Below, one piece after another: positions 1 through 17,001 of a DNA stretch of 64,000 nt. Below the pieces are notes generated by a model, which ran no database searches, was not told where the DNA came from, and saw only the letters and a program-made list of their open reading frames with translations. The translations under genes and the position numbers were made by a program. Each line of letters begins with the position of its first letter. Positions within the stretch are counted from its first letter, which is position 1. The DNA is from Flaccisagitta enflata. Taxonomy: Eukaryota. The DNA is taken from NCBI GenBank assembly GCA_965153355.1, contig OZ231126.1, forward strand, positions 35,898,001 through 35,962,000, read 5' to 3'.

Positions 1-171
1 ACATTTTTTCGGTTTGGTAATTGTGGAAGTAATGATATCGATTTTGGTGACAAAAACGTTCATCAAAGAAAAAACTCTTTTCGTCGTGAATTGATGATGA
101 ACAGACGATAATCACGAAGCGAAGGCTATTAACGATAATTGATATGGAATGTAGGGGCGCCGGTCTCAACA

Positions 172-268
<97 letters not shown>

Positions 269-934
269 TCGATGACGATGATGAGGAAAATCATCAAATA
301 GGGTTGTATGAAATTGTGTCTCTTTTGATTCCCCCCCTGCCTTTTATTTTCTTCCGCAAGACGCATTACGTTGCATTTCAAAATCTAAATAATAAAAAAA
401 AACAGTGTAGTTAAGGTTTAAATAGTGTTCAGTAAATTGTTTTCTAATCAGTTTTTATGATTTGGTACTGCCAATAGTTATATTTTCCCCAAATTTTCTT
501 TTTTTTTCTTTTTTCCTTCTTTGATTTCCTTCCCCATCTCTAAACCCTTTGAAAGAAAGAATAGATGAAGAAAAATAAGTAGTATGTCTGTGTCTTATGC
601 ATTGTGCGAGCATTTGTTGCATGTTGCCTGCTTTTCTCGTGTCCTTTAAAACAGCAAAAGGTTGTTCTCATTCACGCCGAATTTGTTTTTCTTTCGGTAA
701 CAAAGCTTTGCCATTTGTAAAAAGACAAACAGACAGACAAGCCGCTGAAAAGGCAGATCTAAAAGGCCCTGGAGGGACATTTTCATAAACGTCATTTTCT
801 TTTTCTTTTTTTCAATAAAAGAGGATGAAAAGAAGCGAAGAAGAAATGAAAATAGAAAATATTTCATCTCAATTCTAGATACCGAGTGCGGGAAGGAAGA
901 AACGAGTGACAAAATTGTCGCAGGGATGGGGACA

Positions 935-1033
<99 letters not shown>

Positions 1034-1167
1034 CGTTGTTGCTGCCGTTATCCTTGATTTTTTTTTACAGAATTGTCTTCATCGTTATCGGAAAGCGCAC
1101 TGGAAAGAGAACCTGTTGATTGGACGCTTTCAAAAATAACAATTTGGTTTAAATAGTAACAGGAAAG

Positions 1168-1249
<82 letters not shown>

Positions 1250-1727
1250 GAGGATAGGAGAAAGAGAGAGCCAACTGATAGAAAAGAAAAGATTGAGATT
1301 TTGGGCAAGGAATCAAAAAGATAAGAAAAGGAGGATTGAGGAAAAGAGAAAACTTGAGGATTGAGGAAAAGTGAAAAGTTGATTGGGTTATAAAACTTAT
1401 AATCACATGATGATATTTCTCTATTTAGGACACGCCGAGGAGGAACAAAGTTGGAACAAACAGTTGGTAGAGGTAATGATCGGGAAAGAGTCACCATACT
1501 TGTCATTTACTTTTCGAATGAAAAACCTACGAGAAGTATTGCATGTACATCGAATATAAAGATTGAGGAAAGATTATACCAATGCATTGCACTTGCACGA
1601 TGAATGAATGCGTCTTATCCATTTTCCTGATCCCAATAAAGAGGCACAAGGTCTTAGCGTGACATGACCTCTGCAAAATCAACTTTAACTAGAACACGTC
1701 AATGATACTATGCAGTACCTACGACCC

Positions 1728-1865
1728 TTTTTAGTCGCGTGCACACGACTCTACAACCCGCTCTGTCCGTCTGTCTGTCTGTCGGTCTGTCAGTCACACT
1801 TTGCTTTTTTTCGCCGCCCCTGCCCACCCGCACGCGACTAAGGTAGCCGTGTATCCGGCCTTGTT
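1728..1865 (+). mobile_element. HINE/DINE-1-like non-autonomous Helentron, family A (representative copy)
   Basis: T-run, AGTCGCGTG...CGACT hairpin, (GTCY)n tract, subterminal GCACGCGACT, GCCG...CGGC stem-loop, TTGTT end, no TSD. Other copies: 10876-11085, 13396-14613, 14630-14805, 20641-21060, 27525-27736, 31019-31390, 38393-38592, 46190-46545, 47013-47215, 47710-47915, 51627-51871, 60448-60615. Confidence 0.75.
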
Positions 1866-2090
1866 TGATCATCACCTCACTTGCTGGCTCGCGGGCCTAA
1901 AACGGTTCAAGATTTGCCGTAAAAGCACCTCAGTTTTTTTTGTGGCAACCTTTCCGGTCCTTTCAAACGATTTCGCCCTAAATCATTAGATATCGTCGCA
2001 GTGTGGCATGAGAAACTACTTTTACGACCCTGATGAAAAATTGAAGAGAATGAGCTGTCTCAAATGTGCGAGTTATTCTACATCTACTGC

Positions 2091-2375
2091 CAGGGGCGTA
2101 TGGGAGCCAAAGTTTTAGGGGTAGCCACCCCCAGTTTGTGTCCCAACAAATTTTATGACCTGATGAAAACTATTTGCCTAATCTTTATGTATCTTTTAAA
2201 AAAAATATTAATTAATATATATTTGAATTAAAACAATGAAAAAAACATTGCTCTTTCTTTCTTTTTCTCTCTCTTTTTCTTTCTTTCTTTTTTTCTCTTT
2301 CTCTCTTTCTTTATATTTTGTATCCCAACAGGGGTAGCCATGGCTACCCCGGCGACCCCTTCTAATACGCCCCTG
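2091..2375. mobile_element. hAT-type MITE
   Basis: TIR CAGGGGCGTA...TACGCCCCTG; 8-bp TSD TCTACTGC/TCTACTGG. Confidence 0.85.
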
Positions 2376-3004
2376 TCTACTGGGATGGCATAAGTGGGAA
2401 ATAATGAATTGAAAATATGCGACGCGAGTGTTTGGATGAGCGAGTGGGTGGAATTCTCCGCAGATCTAACGATTTTTTTAGATAAAAAAAAAGTTTTAAG
2501 GAAAAGAGGATATGGCTAGAAAAGAAGAAAGGGGGAAAAGAGCCCTTTTTTTTTGCTATTTTTTTTCCATCTTCATCTAAATCGAAAAAGAGAAAGAAGG
2601 TTGTCCCAGTGATGGAAGCGAAAAGAACCTCCAAGAGTCTGAATGGAATTCCAAAGATGGTAAAACAGCAACGAATGGCTCGCTTAATCTTCTAAGCAAA
2701 CATGTTCGACAGAATTAACCCACAAACTCGGGAAAATAAGAAAAAAGATAAGATTTCGAGAGAAATACCCAAAGATGAAATAAAAAAGAATTCAAAGGGA
2801 AATGAAAGATAAATAATAAATGCATAGAAAGGGAGAATTAAAACACGGAAGCCGCGAAGAATAACGACAAAATTTTCTCTTGCTTGCGAATTATATAAAA
2901 AAAACGGAATTCCTGCTTCTACTTTCTCTTCTTTTCACACAAGTATTTGTCTGTCTGTCTTTCTGTGTGTCTGTATGTCTGTCTGTCTTTCTGTCTGTCT
3001 AAGC

Positions 3005-3068
<64 letters not shown>

Positions 3069-3121
3069 CTCTATCTATCTATCTATCTATCTATCTTTCC
3101 TTATATCTTTCCTTCTATCTA

Positions 3122-3883
3122 CACCGTCTTTAAATCGAAATGGCAAATAGTAAACCTTTACAGCTCCAAAACTACTGGCCCAAAAGCTTTAAAATTTTCA
3201 GTGAATATCGGTTACAACTGACCATTTTGTCATGCCAAATTTCAGATTTTTATACTGAATAGTTTGGGTTCAGTGAAACAAACAAACTTTGCCCAATTTT
3301 TAGGGCAGAAACTTTTTTTTTTGCTTTATTTGAGAACACTTGTCTTTATCAATATACAGATGACAAAAAAATTGAGTCAGAACTCCGGGGCTGGTCTCAA
3401 ATGATAGGAAATTTTACAGAGACAACACATTTACCAAAGAATTGAAAAAAGTTGGAGATATTATGAGGCTATCATTGATTTTCGACAATCATTGTTAAAA
3501 TCCAGATTGTCAATCATTTGAAAATCATTCAAATCTTAATAAATACAATAAAATAATGGAAGTTTCAAGCAGAACATATATTCATGATTTGTAACTCATT
3601 ATTTAAGACCACCCCCAGGGTTCAAGCTTGCTTAATCAGGGAAAAAACAATAAAAAAAAAAAAGATTCTTCCAAGTATAGCTGGGACAAATTGATTTTTT
3701 CCATAAAATTGATAGCTTTTCAATGCTTTAATGACTCCCAAACGATTCAGTGCTAAAATCTGAGTTTTAGCAAGACAAAATGGTCAGTTGTTACCAGCAT
3801 TCACTGAACATTTGAAAGCTTTTGGGCTAGTGGTTCTGGAGCTTCGAAGGTTTACTATTTGCCATTTCGATTCAAAGACGGTG
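3122..3883. mobile_element. Long-TIR MITE inserted in a (TCTA)n microsatellite
   Basis: CACCGTCTTTAAATCGAAATGGCAAATAGTAAACC... is inverted at the other end as ...GCCATTTCGATTCAAAGACGGTG. TA flanks both ends and (ATCT)n lies on both sides. Confidence 0.85.
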
Positions 3884-3968
<85 letters not shown>

Positions 3969-4049
3969 ATCTATCTATCTATCTATCTATCTATTTGGTT
4001 GTGTGTCTGCCTGCCTGTCTGTTTGTCTGTTTGCCAACCTATCTGTAAA

Positions 4050-4188
<139 letters not shown>

Positions 4189-4627
4189 GCCCTTGTCCGC
4201 CTTTCACTCTTTTGAGCAAAATTAAAAGAGCTGAAAACGAAAATGATATCAAATAAATGAAACCTCTCCTTTTCTTCCTCTCTTTTCTTTTCACGGTTTC
4301 CCTTTGGAAGAATCATAAATTCAAGGAAAGTTAAAAGGTTAAAAATGATATTTTTTCCGTCTTTTTTTTCAACCCCCTCCCCGTGTTTTACTCATCTTTT
4401 ATACTTTTTCATTCCTTTTTTAATCTCGCTTTTTATCCTCAACCCAACTATAGAAATTTTCACTCGAGACTTTTTTCTCTTCCTCTCTTACTTTTTTTTC
4501 TGCTTTCACATTTGTATTTTTCTTCATTCCGACAATTTTAATGTCGTTGTAAAATTGAAGATTGAATTGGCGATGGAGACTGCTAAAAGGCCCAAAGGGT
4601 CTCACGGCCACGACATATCGCCTTTAG

Positions 4628-4749
<122 letters not shown>

Positions 4750-6959
4750 TGTACAGAGTACCGTGTACAGAACAGAACAGACAGACAGGTAAACGAAGGA
4801 ACAGAAACGACGGAACGAGAATGGGACATGATAGAATGATAGAAACAGAGACTGGCAGAAAAACTTGCAGACGAATCGAGAATCAGAGGTTCCGGAACAG
4901 AAAGACAGAGGAGAAAGATAGCGAGGATCACATAATCGGCGCGGCAGTAAGAAGCAGAAGTGAAAACTTAATCTGAATGAGGGAGCCTCTCTCTTTCCCT
5001 CTTTCTCGAAGCAACTTCCCGGCCAACTTTGCTCATTAGGCCCAACCAATAAATGTACCACACGGAACGGAAGTGAATCGACGAGGGCGGCCCACTTTGG
5101 CCTAGCCTGAAAACACGATGAGTGAGAGAGACGGAGACAGAGATAGAGACAGAGACGTAGACAGTGAATGGCATTTAGTCAGGAGGAGGAATGCGAGAGA
5201 TTTGTTGGCAACTCACGTCATGATGGTAGTCTCGGTTGGAAGCGAGCGAGAGGGGTAATGAAACTAATGATTGAGGCTGGGTTGCCGGTGTTTTTCAAAT
5301 CTTGTCTGGGCTCTGAGAGAAACCATATGGTCAACAGACGGTGACTTATGGAAACTGACTATTTTGTTGACATTGAATTTCAGTGGAATCTCTTTGGTGG
5401 CATACGGAAATCTCTCGTGTCGTGCCTTGTGTTATGTAATGGCGACGATGCTGACGCGTGGCTTTAGATCCCGCCTTATTAGCACCTTCACTTATACTTT
5501 TGTTTCTAATGAAACATTATAGATCTGCCTCGTTCATTTAATAACTTAAGAGGACTAACGTTGGCAACAACCTACTAAGCTCTGAGTGTTAAAGAATACC
5601 GCCAATAAGGCAGTGGCGCTGTAAGCCCGAAAGGCATTTGGACACACACAAATAGGAAGAAAAAAGATATTTTTCCTTTTAAACCTGAGTCGTTTGAGGA
5701 ATTTCAAACCCGTTAATCTGTTTGTATACTTTTACAAAGCGACGTCTCGCAGAGAAAAGTCGGTGTGTCAGGTTATGCCACAAAGAATAGTCGCAAAAGC
5801 GTTAGATGGTCAGCGGTACCCGTCAGCGGATTTGAGCCTCGAGGCTGATATTCAAACTGGAGGCTTCAAAGGGGGTGGATAGATGGAGGAGGAGAAGAAG
5901 GAGAAGGAGGGAAGGAGGCGAAATTTGCTATATGTGTGAAAACATAGGTCATCGGCCCCTTTTGGGCCGCTGCCCAAAAAAAGGAAAAGAAAGAAAAACA
6001 AGTGATGCAGGGTCACAATATCGTTGCGGACGGGTGGCCAGGGGCATCCATCCCCCAACCACACCCCAAACCCCACTCCACACACAAACATACAAACATA
6101 CAAAAAAAATATCCAAAACGCTCATTTCAACTCGATCACCTCTATGGACCGATGGACCGATGGACGGACCAACGGACCAATGGACCAACAGACAAAGTCT
6201 CTTATAGAGTTGCGTGTCCGCAACTAAAAAGTCGCAAAAGCGTTTGATGGTCAGCAGTGCACAATGCCCTTCAGTCAATTTATGTAGTGATGAGATGGCG
6301 AGAGGGGCAGTGCGGCAGCCCCTAAGGACCAACAATTTATACTGAGATTTGGGTCTGAAGGCTTTGGGTATCTAGGCAAAAATTCAGTCATTGAAACTGG
6401 GATTTGGTTCATGAACCTGGCATCTGGACTTTGAGGCTGGGAAAGTCTTTGGCTTAAAGATTGGTATTTAAGCTTAAGGCTTTGACTTGAGCCAAGGATG
6501 TGGGATTTGGAACTTGAGACTAAGATTTGGTTTTGGAGGCAGGGATGCAGGGCCGCTGCCTAAAAGGAGAAATGGCTTTGAATGAGTTCTTATGTCAGAA
6601 TCCGCCACATTTGAAAGAAAATCCATTGGTAAATAGCAAAGTAAGGCCTCGTACAAATAAAGACTCCCACAAAACGTCAGTGAGTACGAGTCAACCTGCC
6701 CTGGCTAAGAGTGTTTTGAGGGGAAATCTACTTGTACACCGAACCACACGCGTACATGTGCTGATATTGAAATAGGCGCTTAAAAATATTTGGGCCCCAA
6801 TTAACAAATGTTCCCAACTAAGTATGTTTATTCATACTTAAAACAGTAGCGTGGGTACAAAAGCACTGCAGATAGAATTCAAAACAACAAAGAAATAGAG
6901 TAAATGAAACGCAAGGCGAGCATCAATGTTAATAGTACCCATAATCATGGCAAGTTCAC

Positions 6960-7160
6960 GCATTCGAATGACATTATAAAAGAGTTTCGAAAATGCGACT
7001 ATCTCTATTCGACGTTGGACGCTGAAGGTGGTGCTGAAGTGCAGGGACGCTTTCACGATATGCGCAGCCGAACAATTTTCTGTATGGAACATTCTATTCT
7101 ACTCTTATATCAGTCCCTCATATGAACAATCACAATTCTATATGACAGAATTGGAATACA
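6960..7160 (+). mobile_element. Decayed RTE/CR1-like LINE reverse-transcriptase fragment
   Basis: FRKCDYLYSTLDAEGGAEV...LLLYQSLI*TITILYD resembles FKYLGS...GG..E / LYxxxVxPILLYG. Confidence 0.45.
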
Positions 7161-8044
7161 ATGTGCTTCAATCAGCCTCAACGTTATCCTGTCGTTGAAT
7201 CTTCCTTCGATTCTTAGAAAAGATATACAATAATCGATGATATTTAGCAATGAAATGAAATGAAATGAAATGACATCATCATCAAGACTTCAAGAGCGTG
7301 ATTAAGAAAGTGTTGGTAATTGACAGAAAGGTGTTAAAATTGAGCAAAAATGCCATAATCAAAGACATAGATAAGGCATTAGCAGCGATAAACATCATGT
7401 CCAATCTGTCATGTAAATTGTAATTCAGAAGAAATTATATTTAACTCAGTTAAGTTTCAATGTTAATCACGTGATACCTCAGTGCCAACGCCGAAACTGC
7501 ATTGGTTGCAACAAAGAAGAAGCCAAAAAGGATGACGGTGATGAGACTCAACTGACAAGTCAAACAACGAATAGACATTGGAATAAATAACTATGGTGAT
7601 TGGAGGCTGGGAGGCGTGAAACGAAATGTTGACAATAGCAAGAGAGAAAGAGGAAAGACTTTGACGGCAGTTGAAAGGAAGTGTTTGTAAAGTCACAAAG
7701 AAAAACTGTTGGAGGCAGAAAAAGGAAACGATTAAATTCTAATTATCAAGAAAAATTCCATGTGCTCAAAGAGGGAATGACTGACGGAGAAAATGAGAGG
7801 CGAAGAGAAAGAGAGAAATACGGAGAGGCAGTCAAAAAGCCGGATGTTTTGCAGACAGAGTGATGATGGACAGACAGACAAGAAGATAGTGAGAAAGCAA
7901 GTAGACGAAAAAAACAAAAACAAAACTAGACAGAAAACCACATCGACAGATACGCGGAAAGATAGACGGACAAACAGATTGGGTAGGTAAGCTTTTTGCT
8001 TTGAATACCGACAAGCGACGGACAGAAAAATGACAACATCGAGA

Positions 8045-8162
<118 letters not shown>

Positions 8163-9280
8163 AACAGACAGACAGACAGAGAAAGAGTGACGAGAGTCGT
8201 TCGTTGAAGGGTTTTCGTAGGCGATGTTAATTGCGAAAAAAGGTAAAAATTTTCCCAGGAGAAAAATGAGTTTTTTTCGTCGAAACTTAACTTCAACTCT
8301 TGTTCCCTCCTGCTTCCGATCGAACGTAGATTAGCGCGCTAAACATTCGCCACCTGCCGTCCCGAAGAAAAGGTAATACACAAAGAAAAAACGACCAAAG
8401 TTGTTGTTTATGTTTCCTTTTTGAAATCCAAAAGGGGAAACGAAGAATAAAAACATTACGAGGTATCGAATGTCGATTTTAACAGAAGCAATATTTCATT
8501 CTTTTTTCTTGAATTTGTTTTTCCATCATTGTTTTTGTTTTAACGATTTTGAGACTGTTTTTGTTAAAAAAGATTTTCAGACTTTTTCCGCTCTCCAAGG
8601 CCACAAACCTGATGAAAAGATTCAAAGAAAGCATTCAAATTGAAAAAAACAAGGCCAAGTGAAGGCCAATAAGTGCGCCTCGCTTGATTAAGAATTTGTG
8701 AATGAACGTTTTTTATGAATGAACGTTTTTTTATGAATGAATGAAAGAATGAATGAATGAATGAATGAATGAATGAATGAATGAATGAATGAATGAATGA
8801 ATGAATGAATGAATGAATGAATGAATGAGGCATGAAAGGTGATAGGAATGAAGAAATACGTCAGAATCAGCCGTTTTGCGCATTTCAAACGTTTGCGTGA
8901 CCGACCAACCGACCGACCGACCGACCGACCAACCGACCAACCAACGGACATAACCTCTTATAGCAGTGCGAGGACGCACTTAAAAATGTGATTGGGAAGA
9001 GTCCAAAACAAACAAGGTTTTCGATGCATCTTGTAATGTTTGGATGTCAGTAATTCAGCGTGATAGATTTTTTTTAGACTTTTGTGACAATTGTCTTGTA
9101 TAAAAAAATCCAAATTAGAAATACTGCAACAGTGCGCCTGAGGACAAATAGACAGACAGACAGACACAGACGACGATGAGATGCGGGAGCGTCACTAAAA
9201 AGAATAAGACCTAATAAACTGGTTGGAAACGTTTTTTATTTTTCTCGTTCTTGCGTGTGTGGAATTGTAGAATGAAGTGA

Positions 9281-9466
<186 letters not shown>

Positions 9467-10536
9467 AATACAGATAAAGAAAGGCATGTAGAAACCGTGT
9501 GACAGAGAGAGACAGAGATATAGACAAAGTCTAAAACAGAGAAAGAGAAGAAGAAAAAAAGTCATAAAAACTTGAGAGAAATCAACAAAAATGCAAATGC
9601 GATATCGTCGTTTCGCGTCTGCGAATCAAGAAGGGAAATCATCAAAACCAGAGCTGCTCCATGGAAATGAATGTGTTCGAAAACAAAAATGAAAAGGAGA
9701 AAACCAAACTTGTCTCCAATTCCACAAAGACCCGAGGAAAATTTTGAATACGGGGTTGTTTTTTCTCTCTCTCTCTCTTTCTCTCATTATCTTTTTTTAT
9801 TCATTTTTTTTTTGTGTGTGTGAAGAGCGTGTTGCAAATTAATGCAGATGCGAATTGAGATGGCAGTGTTTTTAGAGTTGGTGCCCAAACACGCTCACTC
9901 TGAATGTTTTGATTTGTGACTCCGTTATCCATCAATGCCCGACATATTTGAACTAGATTTTTCTCCGTCCAGATAGTTGATTATGTTTTTCAATGTCCAT
10001 TCTAACGTAAAGTGTGTATTAAAGCTTTATGAACAGGATGTGTCTTAACCGGTTGTCGGTTTATTCATTCAATTGGATGAGGCTTCAGAGGCGCAACTGA
10101 CAAGCCGGAAAATGAGCAAGTTTGAATGATATTTCATGGCAAACTACTTAAAAAGCCGTTTCCAGTCTTGTAAACATGGTGGTCATCGTTAATTGTACGT
10201 CGACATCAGTAAACGACTTTCGTTATCTTCCTCTGGATGACACTCAATCATGGAAAGAGCGACACTATCACGAAGAGAGGTGGTCTCCCTTGCATGGACA
10301 CGCTCAATCAAGATCGTGTCAAAAATGGGCTAAGTAGCGTCAAAAGGGTGATATGGCATATGTGGAGTGAGAACTTCAATCAATGAGGACTAAACCGTGA
10401 CTAAATATGATCATATGTAAATTGTCGGATGTTGATTAGTGACAAATCGAACACATTCGGCCAAAAAAAGCGGTTAATGATTGAATTTCAACGCCAAAGT
10501 TGGATGCAGTTGTTGGCAAGATGAATTGAAGGGGGT

Positions 10537-10662
<126 letters not shown>

Positions 10663-10762
10663 TGAGTGGAAAAATAAAGCTAAAAACTTCGGCGTTTCAC
10701 GACGGCTCTTGATTGTGTAATTGGTGTCAATCTGAAGTAGTCACAAGTGGAGGTCAGAGAGA

Positions 10763-10858
<96 letters not shown>

Positions 10859-11306
10859 AAGTACGGATGCAAAAGACAAGGCCGGATACACGGCTACCCC
10901 AGTCGCGTGCGGGTGGGCAGGGGCCATATTTGAGGTCACTTGATCATTTGGGCAGGAGCAGTGAGGCCAAAGAGCGCAAAAAACAAAAAAAGTAAAGTGT
11001 GACGGACCAACAGACAGACCGACAGACCGACGGACGGACGGACCGACAAAGCGGGGTGTAGAGTGGCGTAGCACGCGACTAAAAAACTAGCCAAAGACCG
11101 AAAAAACATACAAAGACACTGACTTTTAAAAGGCCCATGCACTACATGTCTACAGAATCAATACAAAGTTTTATATGAAGATTGTTAGGACATTTTTTTT
11201 CCTTGAGCTGAACGCGCTCTTCCCCGTGGAAATTCATCCACTAATTCGCCGAAATATAAACTTCATCTGTATTCATTTTCGTTTTTTTCCTCACTGAAAA
11301 AAGGAA

Positions 11307-11374
<68 letters not shown>

Positions 11375-11711
11375 CATTCCCTTTCACCCTCTTTATTCAT
11401 TTCTTCTTTTTCTCTCTCTCCTTTGGCGCGTGAAAGAATAAGGGGCCAAAGAAAAGGAAAAGGAAAAGGAAAAGGGAAAAAAAGGAAAGGATACTCAAAA
11501 AAGAAAATTGCGAGTGAAAGGATCCAATTGAGAAGCGCGGGCAGCCGCCAACAAGATAGATGGAAGGAAGAAAAGGTGGACTGCTGTTGAAGAGAGTTTT
11601 GAGAGGCGCCGCAGCGAATAATTGGAAAAACATGTAACATCTGGGAGCTGAAGCCTCGGAAACGACCGCTACAAATCGCCGTCGTGCATTCATCGAACAC
11701 TCGCGAATAAT

Positions 11712-11820
<109 letters not shown>

Positions 11821-12039
11821 CAAGATGGTAGACATGCAGAAATGGACAGACAGACAGGCACATGCGTTTACAGCATTAAAATGAGCGATAGGCGTGAGTA
11901 TAAGTTGGAGGCACTAACATGATACAGGTACATTTTCATAATGAAAGCGAACAGGATTTGATCAAAAAACATTCAAAAGGGGACACGTCGATTTATCAAA
12001 GTGGAAAAGTACCAGATGGTAACTTTGACGAATTTCCTG

Positions 12040-12858
12040 CAGGGGTATATATAATTGAGCGGCTTTTGATTTCATTTCCCCCCTGCCTTGGATTTTTTTC
12101 CCCGTGACACATCACGTCACATTTTAAAACCTTTTGATTTTCTTCCCCAAAAAGCAATAAAAGAGTATATATTAGGTTTAAGTAGTGTTAAATTGTAAAG
12201 TAGTAATCAATATTCCTTTTTGGGCAGCGGCCCCGAAGGGGTCGATGACCTATGCTTTCACAAAGGGGAATTTTCTCCTCCTCCTTCTCCTCCCTCTCCT
12301 TCTCCGTACCCCCCCCCACCTCCAGGCCTATATCTCAGCCTTGAAGCCCATATCCCAGCCTTGAGGCCCAAATCCCAGTCTTGACGTCCAAATCTCAACC
12401 TCAAGACCCAAATCCCATCTTATAGCCAAAATCCTATCTTTGAGGCCCTAATTCCAGCCTCAAGGGATTTGGGCCTCAAGACTGAGATTTGGACCTCGAG
12501 GCTGGGATATGGGCTTCAAGGCTGAGATATGGGCCTGGAGGTGGGGGGGGGGGCATGGAGAAGGATAAGGAGGAGAAGGAGGAGAAGGAGGAGGAGAAAA
12601 TTCCCCTGTGTGAAAGCATAGGTCATTAACCCCTTTGGGGCCGCTGCCCTGCTCCCCCTTCAACTTCAACCACAACCTACTAAGGCAGGGCACGGGTACC
12701 GCTGACCATCTAACACTTTTGCGACTATTGGTTCTACCAAAAGTGTTAGATCTTTGAAATTTTTTTTTTTCAAGCTTTTGATTTTTTCCCCCTCTCCAAA
12801 CCCTTTGATTTTATTCCCCCCCCCCACGGGGGGGGATGTTCAACTTTACACATGCCTG
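12040..12858. mobile_element. hAT-type MITE with a nested HINE-like element (12217-12731)
   Basis: CAGG...CCTG ends and a perfect 8-bp TSD ATTTCCTG; a related degenerate copy lies at ~299-550. Confidence 0.8.
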
Positions 12859-13097
12859 ATTTCCTGCGATGCAGTCAAAGAAACGAAAACAGAGACGCGA
12901 GAGAGACATTACATCATCTGATATAAAACAGCATGGTGGATTATGGAGCTGTGTTAATTTGATTGAAAACATAAAAGAAAAAAAAATAAAGACAGACGGA
13001 TGGAAACAGTAAAAGGTTTTGAGTGAGAAATGGATGTTGGCGAAAGGCACGTGGCAAAAACAGATCCAGGAGGCGGAAGTTTTTTTACTTTTTTGTT

Positions 13098-13285
<188 letters not shown>

Positions 13286-13624
13286 GGGGGTAATTAAAAA
13301 AGGGGTTGTTAAAAAGAAAGTCAGAGATAGAGTGAGGAAAGGAGGGACAGTGAGACAGTTTCAAGCCTTAAGGTGGGGGGAGAGGAAGGAATAGAAACAA
13401 GGCCAACGCGTTGCAAGTCGCGTGCGGTCTTGAAGACTAAAAGACTAAAAGACCTAAAGACCAAAAGACCAAAAGACAAAAAACTGAAAGCAGGAGCAGT
13501 AAAGCAAAAAAACGCCCAAAAACGCCGAAAAAAGCTAACGGAGACCGACCGACCGACTGACAGACCGACCGACCGACCGACCGACCGACCGACCGACGGA
13601 CACAGCGGTTCATAGAGTCGTGTA

Positions 13625-14596
<972 letters not shown>

Positions 14597-15319
14597 TGTA
14601 GCACGCGACTAAAAACAGATATGACAAAAAACAAGTCACGTGCAGTCGTCAAGACTAAAAGACAAAATGACGTAAAATGACTTAAAACGACGTAAAACGG
14701 CGAAAAAAGCTAAGCGTAACGGACTGACTGACCGACAGACGGACCGACGGACGGACCAACAGACAGACAAAGTGGGTCCTAGAGTCGCGTGTACGCTACT
14801 AAAAATGGAGAAGCACGAAAAAAATAAGGCAGAGTAGAGGAAGGTAATAAGAAGAAACGAAAAACGTTCGATTCGTAGAGCATTGGCGGTAAGAAGGAAG
14901 GATAATGCAAAAGCAAGAGACTCAATGTACACTGAAGAGGGAATAAAGGAAAATAAGGAAGAAGCGGAAGTAAGTGGAAGAGTTGATACTTAAAGGTTTG
15001 GTGGAGCAGACCAGAATGTTTCATGATATGATTAATGAGGTAGAATACCGGATGGAGGAAAAGAAGGATAACGAAGGAAAAAAGAAAAAAGAAGGGAAAA
15101 TGAAGAAAAAACTTGAGCAAAAAAGAGAAGAGAAAAGAAGGAAAAGAAGGTAAAGTTCCGTTTTCCTCGTTCTGGCGGATTCCATTATTGCCAGACAAGC
15201 AGAAAGGGCAGGAAAGATGTTTTTTTGCCCCATTCACTTAATTTAGATTGAGATTAAGTGACCTTTTAACATTGGAGAGACTTAACAATAGACACAGAAG
15301 ACGCAAACGTTACTGAGAA

Positions 15320-15428
<109 letters not shown>

Positions 15429-15774
15429 TGAAAATCTCTCGAATTTCAAGGACAAAAGGAAACACGGTCAAAAGGTATAAAGATTAAGATCTTGAGCTTA
15501 GGTTGAACACGGCAACCATCCATCAGCGACAAAAACAACCGAACCTAAAGGCAATGACAGATTTGCATCATTACCAGTAATGGCACTTATCGCTGACCGG
15601 AAAAAAATTCGTAGAAAATTTTGGTTTCTTGTGTTTGTCTGATAGATTTTTGGTTTTCTTTTTCACTTATCAAAAATCACGTATCAAATTTGGCTGGCTG
15701 GTTAGGTAAGAGGCTGCATAAATCTTCATTTGGAAAACGTATCAAAGATCCCTCTGAATAGGGTGAATAGGGTG

Positions 15775-16105
15775 AATGGGCTGAATTCCGCTGAATTCTG
15801 CAGAATATTCTGCTGATTTCTGCTGAATATTCTGCGGGATTCTGCCAAACTCTGCTGAATTCTGCTGAAATCTGCTGAATTCTGCCAAAATCTGCTGAAT
15901 TCTGCCGAATTCCACTGAATTCTGCTAATTTATGCTGGATACTGCTGTATTCTGCTGAATTCTGCTGCATATTCTGCGGGATTCTGCTAAACTTTGCTGA
16001 ATTCTGCTGAATTCTGCTGAATTCTACTGAATTCTGCTAATTTATGCTGAATGCTGCTGTATTCTGCTGACTTCTGCTGAATGTTATGCTAAATTCTGCT
16101 GAATT
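15775..16105. repeat. 10-bp satellite (TCTGCTGAAT)n abutting a HINE
   Basis: Read directly; a HINE body follows at 16105-16230. Confidence 0.9.
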
Positions 16106-16443
16106 GGGCAGGAGCAGTGGAGCCAAAAACCGCAAAAACATAAAAAAAGGTTAAATGTAATAAATGTAGTAAAAAGTAAAATGGACCGACGCACTGACGG
16201 ACAGACAGAGCGGTGTGTAGAATATAGAATTTGCTTAAAATGGTGTGAAAATGTTTCCTCGTTCACCCTGTATTAGTTTCAACCCAGCCCCTGCCCTGGC
16301 AAGCCTAGTTGTATTTTACTTTTCTTGAATTGGCTGAAGCAAAAACGGAAGACATTGATTCCAAAGCGGAACCTAAAAATCGAGAGACATTCTTCAATTA
16401 TTTCCAACAACAGCAACAACAACAAAAGCCAACAACCACAACG

Positions 16444-16552
<109 letters not shown>

Positions 16553-16553
16553 G

Positions 16554-16654
<101 letters not shown>

Positions 16655-16906
16655 CCAAAACAACAATGACGACATCAGCGACAACGACAACGACAACAGC
16701 GACGACGACAATGATAAAAACAACAACAAGAGTCTTAGCGAGGATTATAAAAGGAAACGACCATGAAGGAAATAAAGAGGATGAAAACACGAAGTCTTGT
16801 CAACTGATGGACACGAATGAGTTCCGTCTGTGGAGAGCCAAGAATAGACGCCAATGGCAATGCAACATGACGTTGGGAGTATATATACCCACTGGTAGAC
16901 CCCTGG

Positions 16907-17001
<95 letters not shown>

